From: Ameyamaea chiangmaiensis NBRC 103196
GTDB lineage: Bacteria; Pseudomonadota; Alphaproteobacteria; Acetobacterales; Acetobacteraceae
Direction: 5' to 3'
DNA length: 24,000 nt
Assembly (NCBI RefSeq): GCF_025995235.1
Contig: NZ_BAPT01000006.1
Span: 122,976 to 146,975, forward strand
The first letter of the stretch is position 1. Every line of letters starts with the position of its first letter. The notes beneath the pieces were generated by a model, which made no database searches, had not been told where the DNA came from, and was given only the letters and a program-made list of their open reading frames with translations. Below are positions 1-7,872 of the stretch, piece after piece. Position numbers and translations under genes: made by a program.

Positions 1-588
1 CCAAATGCTGGGATCATGAGGAAGGTGAAGGTGCCACTCCGATGGTGGCGGGGCCGATCTGACTTCAAGATTGGCCAGCATCGCCGAGAGATACTCGCGG
101 AAATGCCTCTGCAGCTTGTTGCGCTCTTTTACTAGGTCCTCATTGGTCGCACCCACTGGCAACTCGAAATGGATTGAGCCGGACATATGCCGTAGATCGA
201 AGGGGAGATCTTCGTGACGCGTAGGGCCTATCGCCTTGTTGAATACGGAAATGACACGCTGCCTACCAAGTGCTCTACGGGCATAGCCCAATTCAAGCAT
301 AACATTGGGATTGGCGATGCATTTACGCTCATTCTTCTCGCCGATCACACCGACGGTCGAAATGTCGCCCACGAAGATTGCAGCCAAGTCGATCTTGTCT
401 AGTATCTTTTCTGCGATGAGTTCCATGCCAAGAACGCCTCTCGCACCCTGGTCGATCTCAAAGCGCTCTGCTTCCTGAAGCTCGACCTCTAACTCCTTTA
501 CTGCCCTTTTCAAGGCTTCATGAATCACGCCTCGGGTCTCGCGTTGAGGCGCATCACTCTGCCAGGACCAAAAGATTTTACGCGCCAT
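1..588 (-). CDS. TIR-like / nucleoside 2-deoxyribosyltransferase-like domain protein; C-terminal part lies beyond the window edge
   Basis: Missing from the ORF track because it has no stop inside the window. Hand translation of the minus strand from ATG at 588 stays open to base 1 (196 codons): MARKIFWSWQSDAPQRETRGVIHEALKRAVKELEVELQEAERFEIDQGARGVLGMELIAEKILDKIDLAAIFVGDISTVGVIGEKNERKCIANPNVMLELGYARRALGRQRVISVFNKAIGPTRHEDLPFDLRHMSGSIHFELP... The N-terminal (F/I)SWQSD strand, IFVGDIS, NPNVxxELGYA and LPFDLRH motifs match my memory of the bacterial TIR-like/NDT-like family. The start is uncertain: the frame is open upstream to 894 and no clear SD is present. Confidence 0.55.
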   Translation of the reverse strand, partial: MARKIFWSWQSDAPQRETRGVIHEALKRAVKELEVELQEAERFEIDQGARGVLGMELIAEKILDKIDLAAIFVGDISTVGVIGEKNERKCIANPNVMLELGYARRALGRQRVISVFNKAIGPTRHEDLPFDLRHMSGSIHFELPVGATNEDLVKERNKLQRHFREYLSAMLANLEVRSAPPPSEWHLHLPHDPSIW

Positions 589-839
589 TACGATCTTATC
601 TTTGTACACAAAGGAGGGGGACGTTTCTATTTTAGATTCAAGATGCCCAATTTGCCAAGTATTGGAAATTGACCGCCAAGTGCGTGAAAATCGGCAATTG
701 ACATCTGAAATCCAATAAACCGGCGATTGCGTAACGACCCACTTGCGCATGCGGAGATAAAAAAGCGGTCGGTCTGCAGCTGGACAGCGGAAATCGCGCT
801 CTGAATGTTTGGAAAGAGGCGCAGAGAGCCCCGTCAAAC

Positions 840-1307
840 TCAGTAGAATGAACGGCGAGAAACATCGTTTGATGCTCCAAAGCCGACCTTCCGCTCACCC
901 CCATAATCCGCCGTCCAATCTTCAGAACGCAGCCCATCTACACGCGTAAATTCCCGTAGATTTCCGGTCACGACGACAAGTCCCCTGCTGCGCGCGTGCC
1001 CGGCAATCATCAAATCGTATGGTCCGATGACACATCCTCGCGTTTCAAGGTCAGCCCTGATTTCAGCTGTATGGGCTGCGGCATCATCATCAAATGGCAA
1101 TACAGACAGACGTGCAGCAAAATGCTCAACCTCACGTCGCGTCCTTGCCGGACTTTGAGATTTTTCGGCTCCATAGAGAAGCTCGTAAAGTATGACGTCC
1201 GAGATACAGAGGGCCTCGGCGTTTTCGTTAAAACGTGCGCGCAGCCCCTGTGGACGATCCCGCAGGACACGGATACAGAAGTTCGTATCCAGAAGATAAC
1301 GAAGCAT
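840..1307 (-). CDS. vapC: PIN-domain ribonuclease toxin VapC
   Basis: 155 aa, MLRYLLDTNFCIRVL...LYELLYGAEKS...GPYDLMIAGHARSRGLVVVTGNLREFTRV. It has the conserved PIN acidic positions (D in LLDTN, E in LYEL, D in YDLMIA) and the T-x-N-x-x-E-F C-terminal motif. Its start overlaps the vapB stop by one base (TGATG at 1305-1309). Confidence 0.9.
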   Translation of the reverse strand: MLRYLLDTNFCIRVLRDRPQGLRARFNENAEALCISDVILYELLYGAEKSQSPARTRREVEHFAARLSVLPFDDDAAAHTAEIRADLETRGCVIGPYDLMIAGHARSRGLVVVTGNLREFTRVDGLRSEDWTADYGGERKVGFGASNDVSRRSFY

Positions 1308-1543
1308 CAGAAGCTTTCGCGCTGCTGCATCCGGGGCTGATCGCGCTCAGGCAATGAAGTGCCCGGGGCGGCAAAGAAGTCGTCCCATGCGGCATGTGCA
1401 GGCGCGATTATGCGACGCGCACCGTCCGGAATAATCACGACATCTTTCAGGCTGACGTCAAACGCAACCGCCTTGGGCAGGCGCACGGCCTGCGAGCGAT
1501 TGGACAGGAAAAGCGTGGTGCGGGCGAGCATCATACCCTCCAT
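1307..1543 (-). CDS. vapB: VapB antitoxin (AbrB/SpoVT-type)
   Basis: 78 aa containing LFLSNRSQAVRLPKAVAF, the typical VapB/MazE-like swapped-hairpin motif. It lies directly upstream of vapC and overlaps it. The real start may be the ATG at 1531 (MLARTT...), which is preceded by GGAGGG. Confidence 0.85.
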   Translation of the reverse strand: MEGMMLARTTLFLSNRSQAVRLPKAVAFDVSLKDVVIIPDGARRIIAPAHAAWDDFFAAPGTSLPERDQPRMQQRESF

Positions 1544-1546
1544 ATG

Positions 1547-1567
1547 GGATATGCCGATGGTATATCC
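1547..1567. promoter_or_regulatory. Inverted repeat GGATAT-N9-ATATCC next to the vapB start; candidate VapB operator
   Basis: GGATAT (1547-1552) and ATATCC (1562-1567) are perfect 6-bp inverted arms, just upstream of the vapB start codon on the minus strand. TA antitoxins commonly autoregulate through palindromes at this position. The arms are short, so chance occurrence is plausible. Confidence 0.25.
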
Positions 1568-1627
1568 ACACTTTCGTCGACTGCCAACAGAATTCGGTCG
1601 CTACACAGACCCTACCCGTTTCCCCCC

Positions 1628-2806
1628 TTACGCCGCCCCGCGATCCATCAGCATCTGGCTCACCGCCGTCCGGAACGGCGGCAGGGCTTGCGCCAGTCGC
1701 AGGCCCGCGCGGCGCAGCGCCATGAACGGGGCTTCGTCACGGGTGTAGAGTGTTGCGATGCCGTTTGTGGCGGCAAACAGGGGGGCGGTGTCGCGGCGGT
1801 GCTGCCATTCGAACTGGCGCAGGGGTGCCCGCGCGCCCGGGTCGTCGGCGTTGGACAGGGCGGCGACCAGGGTCTGCTGCCCGCGCAGGCCGAGGTTGAA
1901 ACCATGCGCCGTGATCGGGTGCATGCCGACCGCCGCGTCGCCGACCAGTGCCAGACGGTGGGCGGCGAAGCGATGCGCGTAGACGGCCTTCAGCGGATAG
2001 ATATGCCGCGTGCTAACCAGTCGCATCGCGCCCAGACGGTTGCCGACCCGGCGCATGATGTCGTCGTTGAAGGCGGACTGTTCCAGTTGCGCCAGACGTC
2101 GGATCTCATCATCGGGCAGGGTCAGGACCAGTGACGACGCGCCGCCGTTGACCGGCAGCAGCGCGATCGTCTGGCCCGCGTCAAACCACTGGGTGGCGAT
2201 GTGGTGATGCGGCGACTCATGCGCCATGCGGCACACCAGGATCGAGCGGTGGAAATCGTGCACGATGGCGCCGATGCCGCACATCGCCCGCACGCGGGAA
2301 AAGCGGCCGTCGGCGCCGACCACCAGCCGCGCGGACAGGGTGTCGCCGCCGCTGACCACCTCGGTGCTCAGCGGGCGCGTGCGGATCGCGTCCACACCCG
2401 CGCCGGCGCGCAGGCGCAGCGCGGGTCGGGCGGCGGCGGCGTCGAACAGCGCCTTGCGGATCATGTGGTTGGACACCAGCGTCCCCAGCGCCTCGACCCC
2501 GTCGGGCGTATCGTCGGGAAGGTCGAAGATCAGCGGCTGGCGCGCGCCGTCCCGCCCGGTCTCGACCCGTGCCTCGCGCAGGGGGGATTTGCCGACATCG
2601 GGAATATCGTCCCACGCGCCGAAGGCACGCAGTTGCGCGACGGCGTGATGGGTCAGGGCGATTTCGCGGCCGTCGAAGGCCGGATTGGCCAGCGCGTGTT
2701 CGGGCGTGGGATCGACCAGCGTGACGCCGAAGCCCGCGTCGTCAAGCGACAGGGCCAGCGCCAGCCCGACCGGGCCTGCCCCCGCGATCACCACATCCCG
2801 GGTCAT
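1628..2806 (-). CDS. UbiH/UbiF/VisC/COQ6-family FAD-dependent monooxygenase
   Basis: Inner start MTRDVVIAGAGPVGLALALSL (GxGxxG dinucleotide fold), plus GADGRFSRVR and VGDAAVGMHPITAHGFNLGL motifs; 392 aa. The 612-aa track ORF is an upstream read-through. The ATG at 2806 overlaps the upstream gene's stop (ATGA). Confidence 0.85.
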   Translation of the reverse strand: MTRDVVIAGAGPVGLALALSLDDAGFGVTLVDPTPEHALANPAFDGREIALTHHAVAQLRAFGAWDDIPDVGKSPLREARVETGRDGARQPLIFDLPDDTPDGVEALGTLVSNHMIRKALFDAAAARPALRLRAGAGVDAIRTRPLSTEVVSGGDTLSARLVVGADGRFSRVRAMCGIGAIVHDFHRSILVCRMAHESPHHHIATQWFDAGQTIALLPVNGGASSLVLTLPDDEIRRLAQLEQSAFNDDIMRRVGNRLGAMRLVSTRHIYPLKAVYAHRFAAHRLALVGDAAVGMHPITAHGFNLGLRGQQTLVAALSNADDPGARAPLRQFEWQHRRDTAPLFAATNGIATLYTRDEAPFMALRRAGLRLAQALPPFRTAVSQMLMDRGAA

Positions 2807-3423
2807 GACCGCTCCTTGCGCGGGATGTCGGCGCCGAAGACGGGCGGCGTGCCGTCCCAGATCGCGCGGTAATCGGCGATGTCCGGGCGTTTGGGGGCGT
2901 GCGGCTTGCCGTCGGGCGTGCCGACGAACAGGAATCCGGCCAGGCGGTGCGGCGCGTGAAAGCCCAGCGCACCGGCCACGGCGGGGTCTTCGACCATGTC
3001 GCCGCTGACCCAGACGCCGCCGAAGCCTTCGGCGTGCAGGGCGTTGAGCACGTTCATCGCACCCGCAGCGACGGCCATGTCCTGTTCCCACAGCGGGATT
3101 TTGTCGTCGGGGCGCAGATGCATGCCCAGCGCGATCGTCATCGGCATGGTGGAGAAGCGGTTGCGGCGCTTGTCGATCTTCTTGGACGCGACATCGGGAT
3201 CGCGGGCCAGCATCCCGGCGACGATCAGCTCGGCCAGAACGGCGCGATGCGGACCGCGCACCACGACATAGCGCCAGGGCCGCAGCTTGCCGTGGTCGGG
3301 CGCGCGCAGGCCGGTGGCCAGGATCCGGTCCAGCGTCGCCCCTTCGGGCGCGGGTTCGGCCAGAGCGTCGGTGGAGGCACGCGACAGCAACATGTCGATG
3401 GGTGTCATGTCGGGCAACGTCAT
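2803..3423 (-). CDS. Nitroreductase-family protein (YdjA-like)
   Basis: MTLPDMTPIDMLLSRAS...LRAPDHGKLRPWRYVVVRG...FGGVWVSG is typical of the nitroreductase fold. The start at 3423 was chosen because GGAG lies 6 nt upstream; the track ORF starts 44 codons earlier. Confidence 0.8.
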   Translation of the reverse strand: MTLPDMTPIDMLLSRASTDALAEPAPEGATLDRILATGLRAPDHGKLRPWRYVVVRGPHRAVLAELIVAGMLARDPDVASKKIDKRRNRFSTMPMTIALGMHLRPDDKIPLWEQDMAVAAGAMNVLNALHAEGFGGVWVSGDMVEDPAVAGALGFHAPHRLAGFLFVGTPDGKPHAPKRPDIADYRAIWDGTPPVFGADIPRKERS

Positions 3424-3610
3424 GGAAAACTCCGCAGCAACGCAAGGGGGCGGCATGATGCCCCATCTGACCCGGATTTGAAAACGTCCGTATGCGCCGC
3501 GCGTTGGCATCAGGGCCTGTCCGCGCACCTTTTCACAGATAGAGGAAAGCCACATCCATCAGCACGGGCCGAGGTGGCCTTGCGGACGACGATCCTGTAG
3601 GAAGAGGGCC

Positions 3611-4207
3611 ATGAACGCACCGCGCACAGCCTCCGTCCACCGCGTGACCGGCGAGACCGACATCCACGTTGCCATCAATCTCGACGGCACGGGCGATTCC
3701 CGCATCGAAACGGGGATCGGCTTCCTTGATCACATGCTGACCGCGCTGGCGCGGCACGGCCTGTTCGATCTGGAGATCGTGGCCAAGGGCGACCTGCATA
3801 TCGATTTCCACCATACGACCGAGGATATCGGGATCGCGCTGGGTCAGGCGTTCGCGAAGGCGATCGGGGACAAGCGCGGTATCCGCCGCTTCGGCTCGGC
3901 TCTCGCGCCGCTGGACGAAGCCTTGAGCGAAGTGGTGGTGGACATTTCCGGCCGCCCCTATCTGGCGTGGAGCGTCACGTTCCCGTCGGAGAAGATCGGC
4001 GTGATGGACACCGAACTGTTCGAGGAATTCTATCGTGGTTTCGCCATGGCGGCCATGATCACCCTGCACGTCACCAGCAAGGCTGGGCGCAATTCACATC
4101 ACATTGCGGAGGCCGGGTTCAAGGCCACGGCCCGCGCCCTGCGCATGGCGGCCGAGGCCGACCCCCGCGCGGCAGGCGCGATCCCGTCGACCAAGGGCGT
4201 GCTGTGA
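3611..4207 (+). CDS. hisB: Imidazoleglycerol-phosphate dehydratase
   Basis: 198 aa with [43 protein letters not shown] and [12 protein letters not shown], the canonical HisB motifs. Confidence 0.97.
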   Translation: MNAPRTASVHRVTGETDIHVAINLDGTGDSRIETGIGFLDHMLTALARHGLFDLEIVAKGDLHIDFHHTTEDIGIALGQAFAKAIGDKRGIRRFGSALAPLDEALSEVVVDISGRPYLAWSVTFPSEKIGVMDTELFEEFYRGFAMAAMITLHVTSKAGRNSHHIAEAGFKATARALRMAAEADPRAAGAIPSTKGVL

Positions 4208-4590
4208 AGCTCTACACCCCCTTCTTCGCCCCCGAGTCGGACCGGCCGCCGGTGCTGGTGGTCGAACGGCCGTCGCTGCGGGTTCTGGTGTTCGGCTGGC
4301 TGGGCCTTGTGTTCCACGGGGCATGGATGCCCGGGCTTCTGGCCGGGGCCGCCACGGTCGCGCTGCACCTGTTGCCCGCGTCCGGCGTCGTGGTGGGGGC
4401 GCTGGCGGCGGGGCTGCATCTGGGCCTGTCGGCGTTCACGCCCGACATCCGGCGCTGGGACCTGCGGCTGCGCGGCTATCGGGCGCAGAAGGTCGTGGCC
4501 GGACCCGATCGCGACACGGCGTTGCTGCGGCTTCTGGACCGTCACCCGCCGACCCTGAACGGCGATGCGACCGTGATGGGCGCCGCGTGA
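4204..4590 (+). CDS. Small membrane protein, DUF2628-like (commonly between hisB and hisH in Alphaproteobacteria)
   Basis: GTG at 4204 overlaps the hisB stop (GTGA). 128 aa: [46 protein letters not shown]... with two hydrophobic segments, then [20 protein letters not shown]. The stop overlaps the hisH start. Confidence 0.75.
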   Translation: MKLYTPFFAPESDRPPVLVVERPSLRVLVFGWLGLVFHGAWMPGLLAGAATVALHLLPASGVVVGALAAGLHLGLSAFTPDIRRWDLRLRGYRAQKVVAGPDRDTALLRLLDRHPPTLNGDATVMGAA

Positions 4591-5243
4591 TGGCGCGTCG
4601 CTCCTCCATCGTGGTGATCGATTACAATGGCGGCAACCTTGCGTCGGCGGCGCAGGCGCTGACGCGCGCCGCGTTCGACAGCGGCATCGACGCCGACGTC
4701 ACCATCACCGCCGATCCGGACGCCGTGCGCGCGGCGGACCGCATCGTGTTGCCCGGTCAGGGCGCGTTTGCCGACTGCGCCGCCGGGATTGCAAACGTCC
4801 CCGGGCTGCGTGCGATCATCGAGGAACAGACCGCCGCCGGCGTGCCGTTTCTGGGCATCTGCGTGGGTATGCAGCTGATGGCCGAACGTGGGCTGGAGTT
4901 CGGTGAAACGCCCGGCTTCTGCTGGATTCGCGGCGAGATCGCGCCGATGGAGGCACCGGGGTTGCGGCTGCCGCAGATGGGCTGGAACCAGTTGTCCTTC
5001 ACGCCCGGCGCACACCCGCTGACCGAGGGTCTGGCGCCCGACGCGCACGTCTATTTCGTCCATTCCTACGCCCTGCGCGGGCACGACACGGACGAACTGG
5101 TCGCGACCACCGAGTATGGCGGGGCGGTACCGGCCATCGTCGCGCGTGGCAACCGCGCCGGCACGCAGTTCCATGTGGAAAAGAGCCAGCGGACGGGCCT
5201 GCGGATTCTGGCCAATTTCCTGCGCTGGACACCGGCGCCGTGA
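4590..5243 (+). CDS. hisH: Imidazole glycerol phosphate synthase, glutamine amidotransferase subunit
   Basis: [20 protein letters not shown]..., LPGQGAF, GICVGMQLM (nucleophile Cys) and TQFHVEKS. The start at 4590 shares one base with the upstream stop. The 379-aa track ORF is an N-terminal over-extension across the DUF2628 gene. Confidence 0.95.
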   Translation: MARRSSIVVIDYNGGNLASAAQALTRAAFDSGIDADVTITADPDAVRAADRIVLPGQGAFADCAAGIANVPGLRAIIEEQTAAGVPFLGICVGMQLMAERGLEFGETPGFCWIRGEIAPMEAPGLRLPQMGWNQLSFTPGAHPLTEGLAPDAHVYFVHSYALRGHDTDELVATTEYGGAVPAIVARGNRAGTQFHVEKSQRTGLRILANFLRWTPAP

Positions 5244-6574
5244 CGACGGTCGAGGATCAGCGCCACGCCGAGCGCGTCACGGCCCTCAGCGAGGACGACC
5301 TGCACGCCCTGTGCGAGGCCACGGGAGCCGCGATCCTCGACGGCGGCGGCTTTGGCTGGCTCAACGTCCCGAGCCGCGCGGTGCTGGAGCGGTATTTTCG
5401 CGGCCTTCTGCTGGTACCCGAGCGCATCCTGTTCGTCGCCCGGCTGAATGGCGAGATCGTGGGCGCGGCCCAGATCGTGCGCCCGCCGCGCAACAACGAG
5501 GCGCAGGGCATGTGCGCGGCGCTGACCCATCTGTACATCGCACCCTATGCGCGCCGACGCGGGCTGGGGCGGCTTCTGGTCGAACTGGCGGAGGAATGCG
5601 CCCGCGCCATGGGCTATCAGGTGCTCAACCTCGACGTGCGCGAAACCCAGGCCGGTGCGATCGCGCTGTTCCATGCGGCGGGTTTCCACCACTGGGGCAC
5701 GCATCCGTCCTATGCCCGCGCCGAAGGCCAGACACTGAAGGGTCTGTTCATGACCAAGCAGCTCAAGGACGACGTCCGCCGTGCGACCGCCCGCTCCACC
5801 CTTGCTCAGGACCCGTCAAGCGCCGCCATGACCACTCCCTCCGCCCTGACCCTCTACCCCGCCATCGACCTCAAGGACGGACACTGCGTACGTCTGCGCC
5901 GGGGCGAGATGGACGACGCCACCGTCTATTCCGATGATCCGGGCGCGCAGGCCCGTGCCTGGTGCGCGGCCGGATGCCCGTGGCTGCACGTGGTCGACCT
6001 CAACGGCGCCTTTGCCGGTCGCTCGGCCAATGTCGCGGCGATCGAGGCGATCATCGCCAATGCCACCGTCCCGGTGCAGCTTGGCGGCGGCCTGCGCGAC
6101 ATGGCGACGATCGGGCGCTGGCTCGACCTCGGGGTGACGCGCGTCATCCTCGGCAGCGTCGCCGTCAAGGACCCCGCGCTTGTGCGCGAGGCCTGCCGCG
6201 CCTTTCCCGGCCGCGTGGTCGCGGGCATCGACGCGCGCGCCGGACGCGTCGCGACCGAGGGCTGGGCCGAGGTATCGGACATGGAGGCCACCGAACTGGC
6301 GCTTCGAATGCAGGATGCCGGTGTCGCCGCGATCATCTTCACCGAGATCAGCCGCGACGGCATGCTGTCCGGACTCGACCTCGACCAGACATCGGCGCTG
6401 GCCAACACGCTCAGCGTCCCCGTGATCGCCAGTGGCGGCGTCGGCACGCTCGACCATCTGGTGGCCCTGCGCGAGGCGGCGACGGCAGCACCGGGCATCA
6501 GCGGCGTGATCGTCGGCCGCGCGCTGTATGACGGGCGGATCGACGTGCGCGACGCCCTGCGGGTTCTGCGCTGA
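5240..6574 (+). CDS. hisA: Single ORF encoding an N-terminal GNAT acetyltransferase domain (about 5240-5770) fused in frame to HisA (ProFAR isomerase; 5828-6574)
   Basis: GTG at 5240 overlaps the hisH stop (GTGA). The N-terminal part has GNAT motif A ([27 protein letters not shown]). From residue 197 onward, [23 protein letters not shown]...VIASGGVG...GVIVGRALY is canonical HisA. No stop codon separates the two parts, and no SD is visible before the internal ATG at 5828. Confidence 0.8.
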   Translation: MTTVEDQRHAERVTALSEDDLHALCEATGAAILDGGGFGWLNVPSRAVLERYFRGLLLVPERILFVARLNGEIVGAAQIVRPPRNNEAQGMCAALTHLYIAPYARRRGLGRLLVELAEECARAMGYQVLNLDVRETQAGAIALFHAAGFHHWGTHPSYARAEGQTLKGLFMTKQLKDDVRRATARSTLAQDPSSAAMTTPSALTLYPAIDLKDGHCVRLRRGEMDDATVYSDDPGAQARAWCAAGCPWLHVVDLNGAFAGRSANVAAIEAIIANATVPVQLGGGLRDMATIGRWLDLGVTRVILGSVAVKDPALVREACRAFPGRVVAGIDARAGRVATEGWAEVSDMEATELALRMQDAGVAAIIFTEISRDGMLSGLDLDQTSALANTLSVPVIASGGVGTLDHLVALREAATAAPGISGVIVGRALYDGRIDVRDALRVLR

Positions 6575-7338
6575 TGCTGAAACTGCGCGTCATTCCCTGT
6601 CTGGACGTCAAAAACGGCCGCGTGGTCAAGGGCGTCAATTTCGTCTCCCTGCGCGACGCGGGCGATCCGGTCGAACAGGCAGCCCTGTATGACGCCGCAG
6701 GCGCGGACGAACTGACGTTTCTCGACATCACCGCCAGCCATGAAAACCGCGACACGATCCTCGATGTCGTCTCGCGCACGGCGGAGCGGATTTTTCTGCC
6801 GCTGACCGTGGGCGGCGGGGTGCGCGCGCCCGAGGACATGCGCCGACTGCTGCTGGCCGGCGCCGACAAGTGCGCCATGAACTCCGCCGCTGTCACCCGG
6901 CCCGATCTGGTGAACGAGGCCGCAAACAGGTTCGGCCGGCAATGCGTGGTCGTGGCCATCGACGCGCGCGCCGACGGCCGAGGCGGCTGGGAGGTCTATA
7001 CCCATGGCGGCCGCACACCGACAGGCATCGACGCAATCGCATGGTGCCGCGACGTGGCCAGTCGCGGCGCGGGCGAGATCCTGCTGACCAGCATGGACCG
7101 CGACGGCACGGGCAGCGGCTTCGACCTCGACCTGCTGCGCGCCGCCGAAAGCGCTGTGCGCGTGCCGATCGTGGCGTCCGGCGGGGTCGGCTCGGCGCAG
7201 CATTTCGTCGAGGGCGCACGCGCGGGCGCAACCGGCCTGCTGGCCGCGAGCGTGTTTCATTTCGGCCAGTTGACTATCCCCGGCGTGAAGGACACGCTGC
7301 GTCAGGCTGGCCTGCCGGTCCGTCCCCACGGATCCTGA
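6574..7338 (+). CDS. hisF: Imidazole glycerol phosphate synthase, cyclase subunit
   Basis: [23 protein letters not shown]..., LTSMDRDGT and ASGGVG are canonical HisF. Its start overlaps the hisA stop (TGATG). Confidence 0.97.
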   Translation: MLKLRVIPCLDVKNGRVVKGVNFVSLRDAGDPVEQAALYDAAGADELTFLDITASHENRDTILDVVSRTAERIFLPLTVGGGVRAPEDMRRLLLAGADKCAMNSAAVTRPDLVNEAANRFGRQCVVVAIDARADGRGGWEVYTHGGRTPTGIDAIAWCRDVASRGAGEILLTSMDRDGTGSGFDLDLLRAAESAVRVPIVASGGVGSAQHFVEGARAGATGLLAASVFHFGQLTIPGVKDTLRQAGLPVRPHGS

Positions 7339-7386
7339 AGCCGCGCGGCGCGTTTCCTCGCCACGTTTTCCGTCATCGAAGAGTCC

Positions 7387-7860
7387 ATGCCAAAGATCAC
7401 CAAGAGCACCGCGAAGAAATCCGCCGTCAAGAAGGATCCGGGCCGCAAGGTCCCCGTCAAGGTTGCCAAGGCACCCAAGACCGCCAAGGCGGCGCGCTCG
7501 GCCGCCATCGCCACGCCGCCCACAGGCGCCGATGCCATGGTCGTCGACCGCCTGTTCGCCACGGTGCAGAGCCGGCGCGGCGCGGACCCGGCCAGCAGCC
7601 ATTCCGCGCGTCTTCTGGCGCGCGGCACGCACAAGATCGCGCAGAAATTCGGCGAGGAAGCGGTTGAATGCCTGATCGAGGCGGTGGCCGGCAACGCGCG
7701 CGAACTGATCGGCGAAAGTGCCGACGTTCTCTACCACCTCGTGGTCATGTGGGTGGACGCGGGTATTCACCCCGAGGATGTCTGGTCCGAATTGCAGCGC
7801 CGCGAAGGCACGAGTGGCATCGCTGAAAAGGCCAGCCGCCCGCGAGATCCGCTCGGCTGA
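7387..7860 (+). CDS. hisE: Phosphoribosyl-ATP pyrophosphatase with a Lys/Ala/Pro-rich N-terminal extension
   Basis: The C-terminal ~105 aa ([17 protein letters not shown]...[13 protein letters not shown]) is canonical HisE. The first 50 codons ([35 protein letters not shown]...) have strongly G/C-biased third positions, consistent with translation. An alternative short start is the ATG at 7537. Confidence 0.85.
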   Translation: MPKITKSTAKKSAVKKDPGRKVPVKVAKAPKTAKAARSAAIATPPTGADAMVVDRLFATVQSRRGADPASSHSARLLARGTHKIAQKFGEEAVECLIEAVAGNARELIGESADVLYHLVVMWVDAGIHPEDVWSELQRREGTSGIAEKASRPRDPLG

Positions 7861-7872
7861 CGACGGCCCCGG

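Noticed and set aside
611-617. Strong Shine-Dalgarno-like AAGGAGG on the plus strand in the spacer
   Set aside because: No ATG, GTG or TTG lies within 5-10 nt downstream. The nearest ATG (643) is ~25 nt away and opens only a 9-codon frame, and an ATT-initiated 31-codon frame is too speculative. The element is more likely incidental, or part of the 5' region of the minus-strand gene.
638-937. 99-aa ORF on the minus strand spanning the vapC 3' end and the AT-rich spacer
   Set aside because: It overlaps vapC in another frame and has no recognisable motifs or RBS. Its composition looks non-coding.
1628-3466. Over-extended N-termini in the track: 1628-3466, 2803-3555, 4104-5243, 8239-9774, 9955-10974, 11004-13604, 15985-18162, 16468-19272, 21531-22676
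   Set aside because: In each case the recognisable protein begins at an internal start with an SD-like sequence or a stop/start overlap. The upstream part also runs through a neighbouring or divergent gene. I trimmed them to the internal starts given in the features.
3424-3610. Divergent nitroreductase/hisB intergenic region, checked for a his leader/attenuator
   Set aside because: There is no run of His codons and no alternative-hairpin structure. Alphaproteobacterial his operons are not known to use the enterobacterial attenuator.
5926-7770. Very long ORFs antisense to well-supported genes: 5926-7770(-) 614 aa, 8197-9747(+) 516 aa, 13805-16600(+) 931 aa, 11289-12593(+) 434 aa, 21702-22760(+) 352 aa, 22603-23934(+) 443 aa, plus many shorter ones
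   Set aside because: They lie opposite genes with unmistakable family motifs (hisA/hisF, mqo, M1 peptidase, ArnT-like, nagA). They are Arg/Ala/Gly/Pro-rich with no recognisable domains. This is the usual stop-codon-poor shadow-frame artefact of high-GC DNA.
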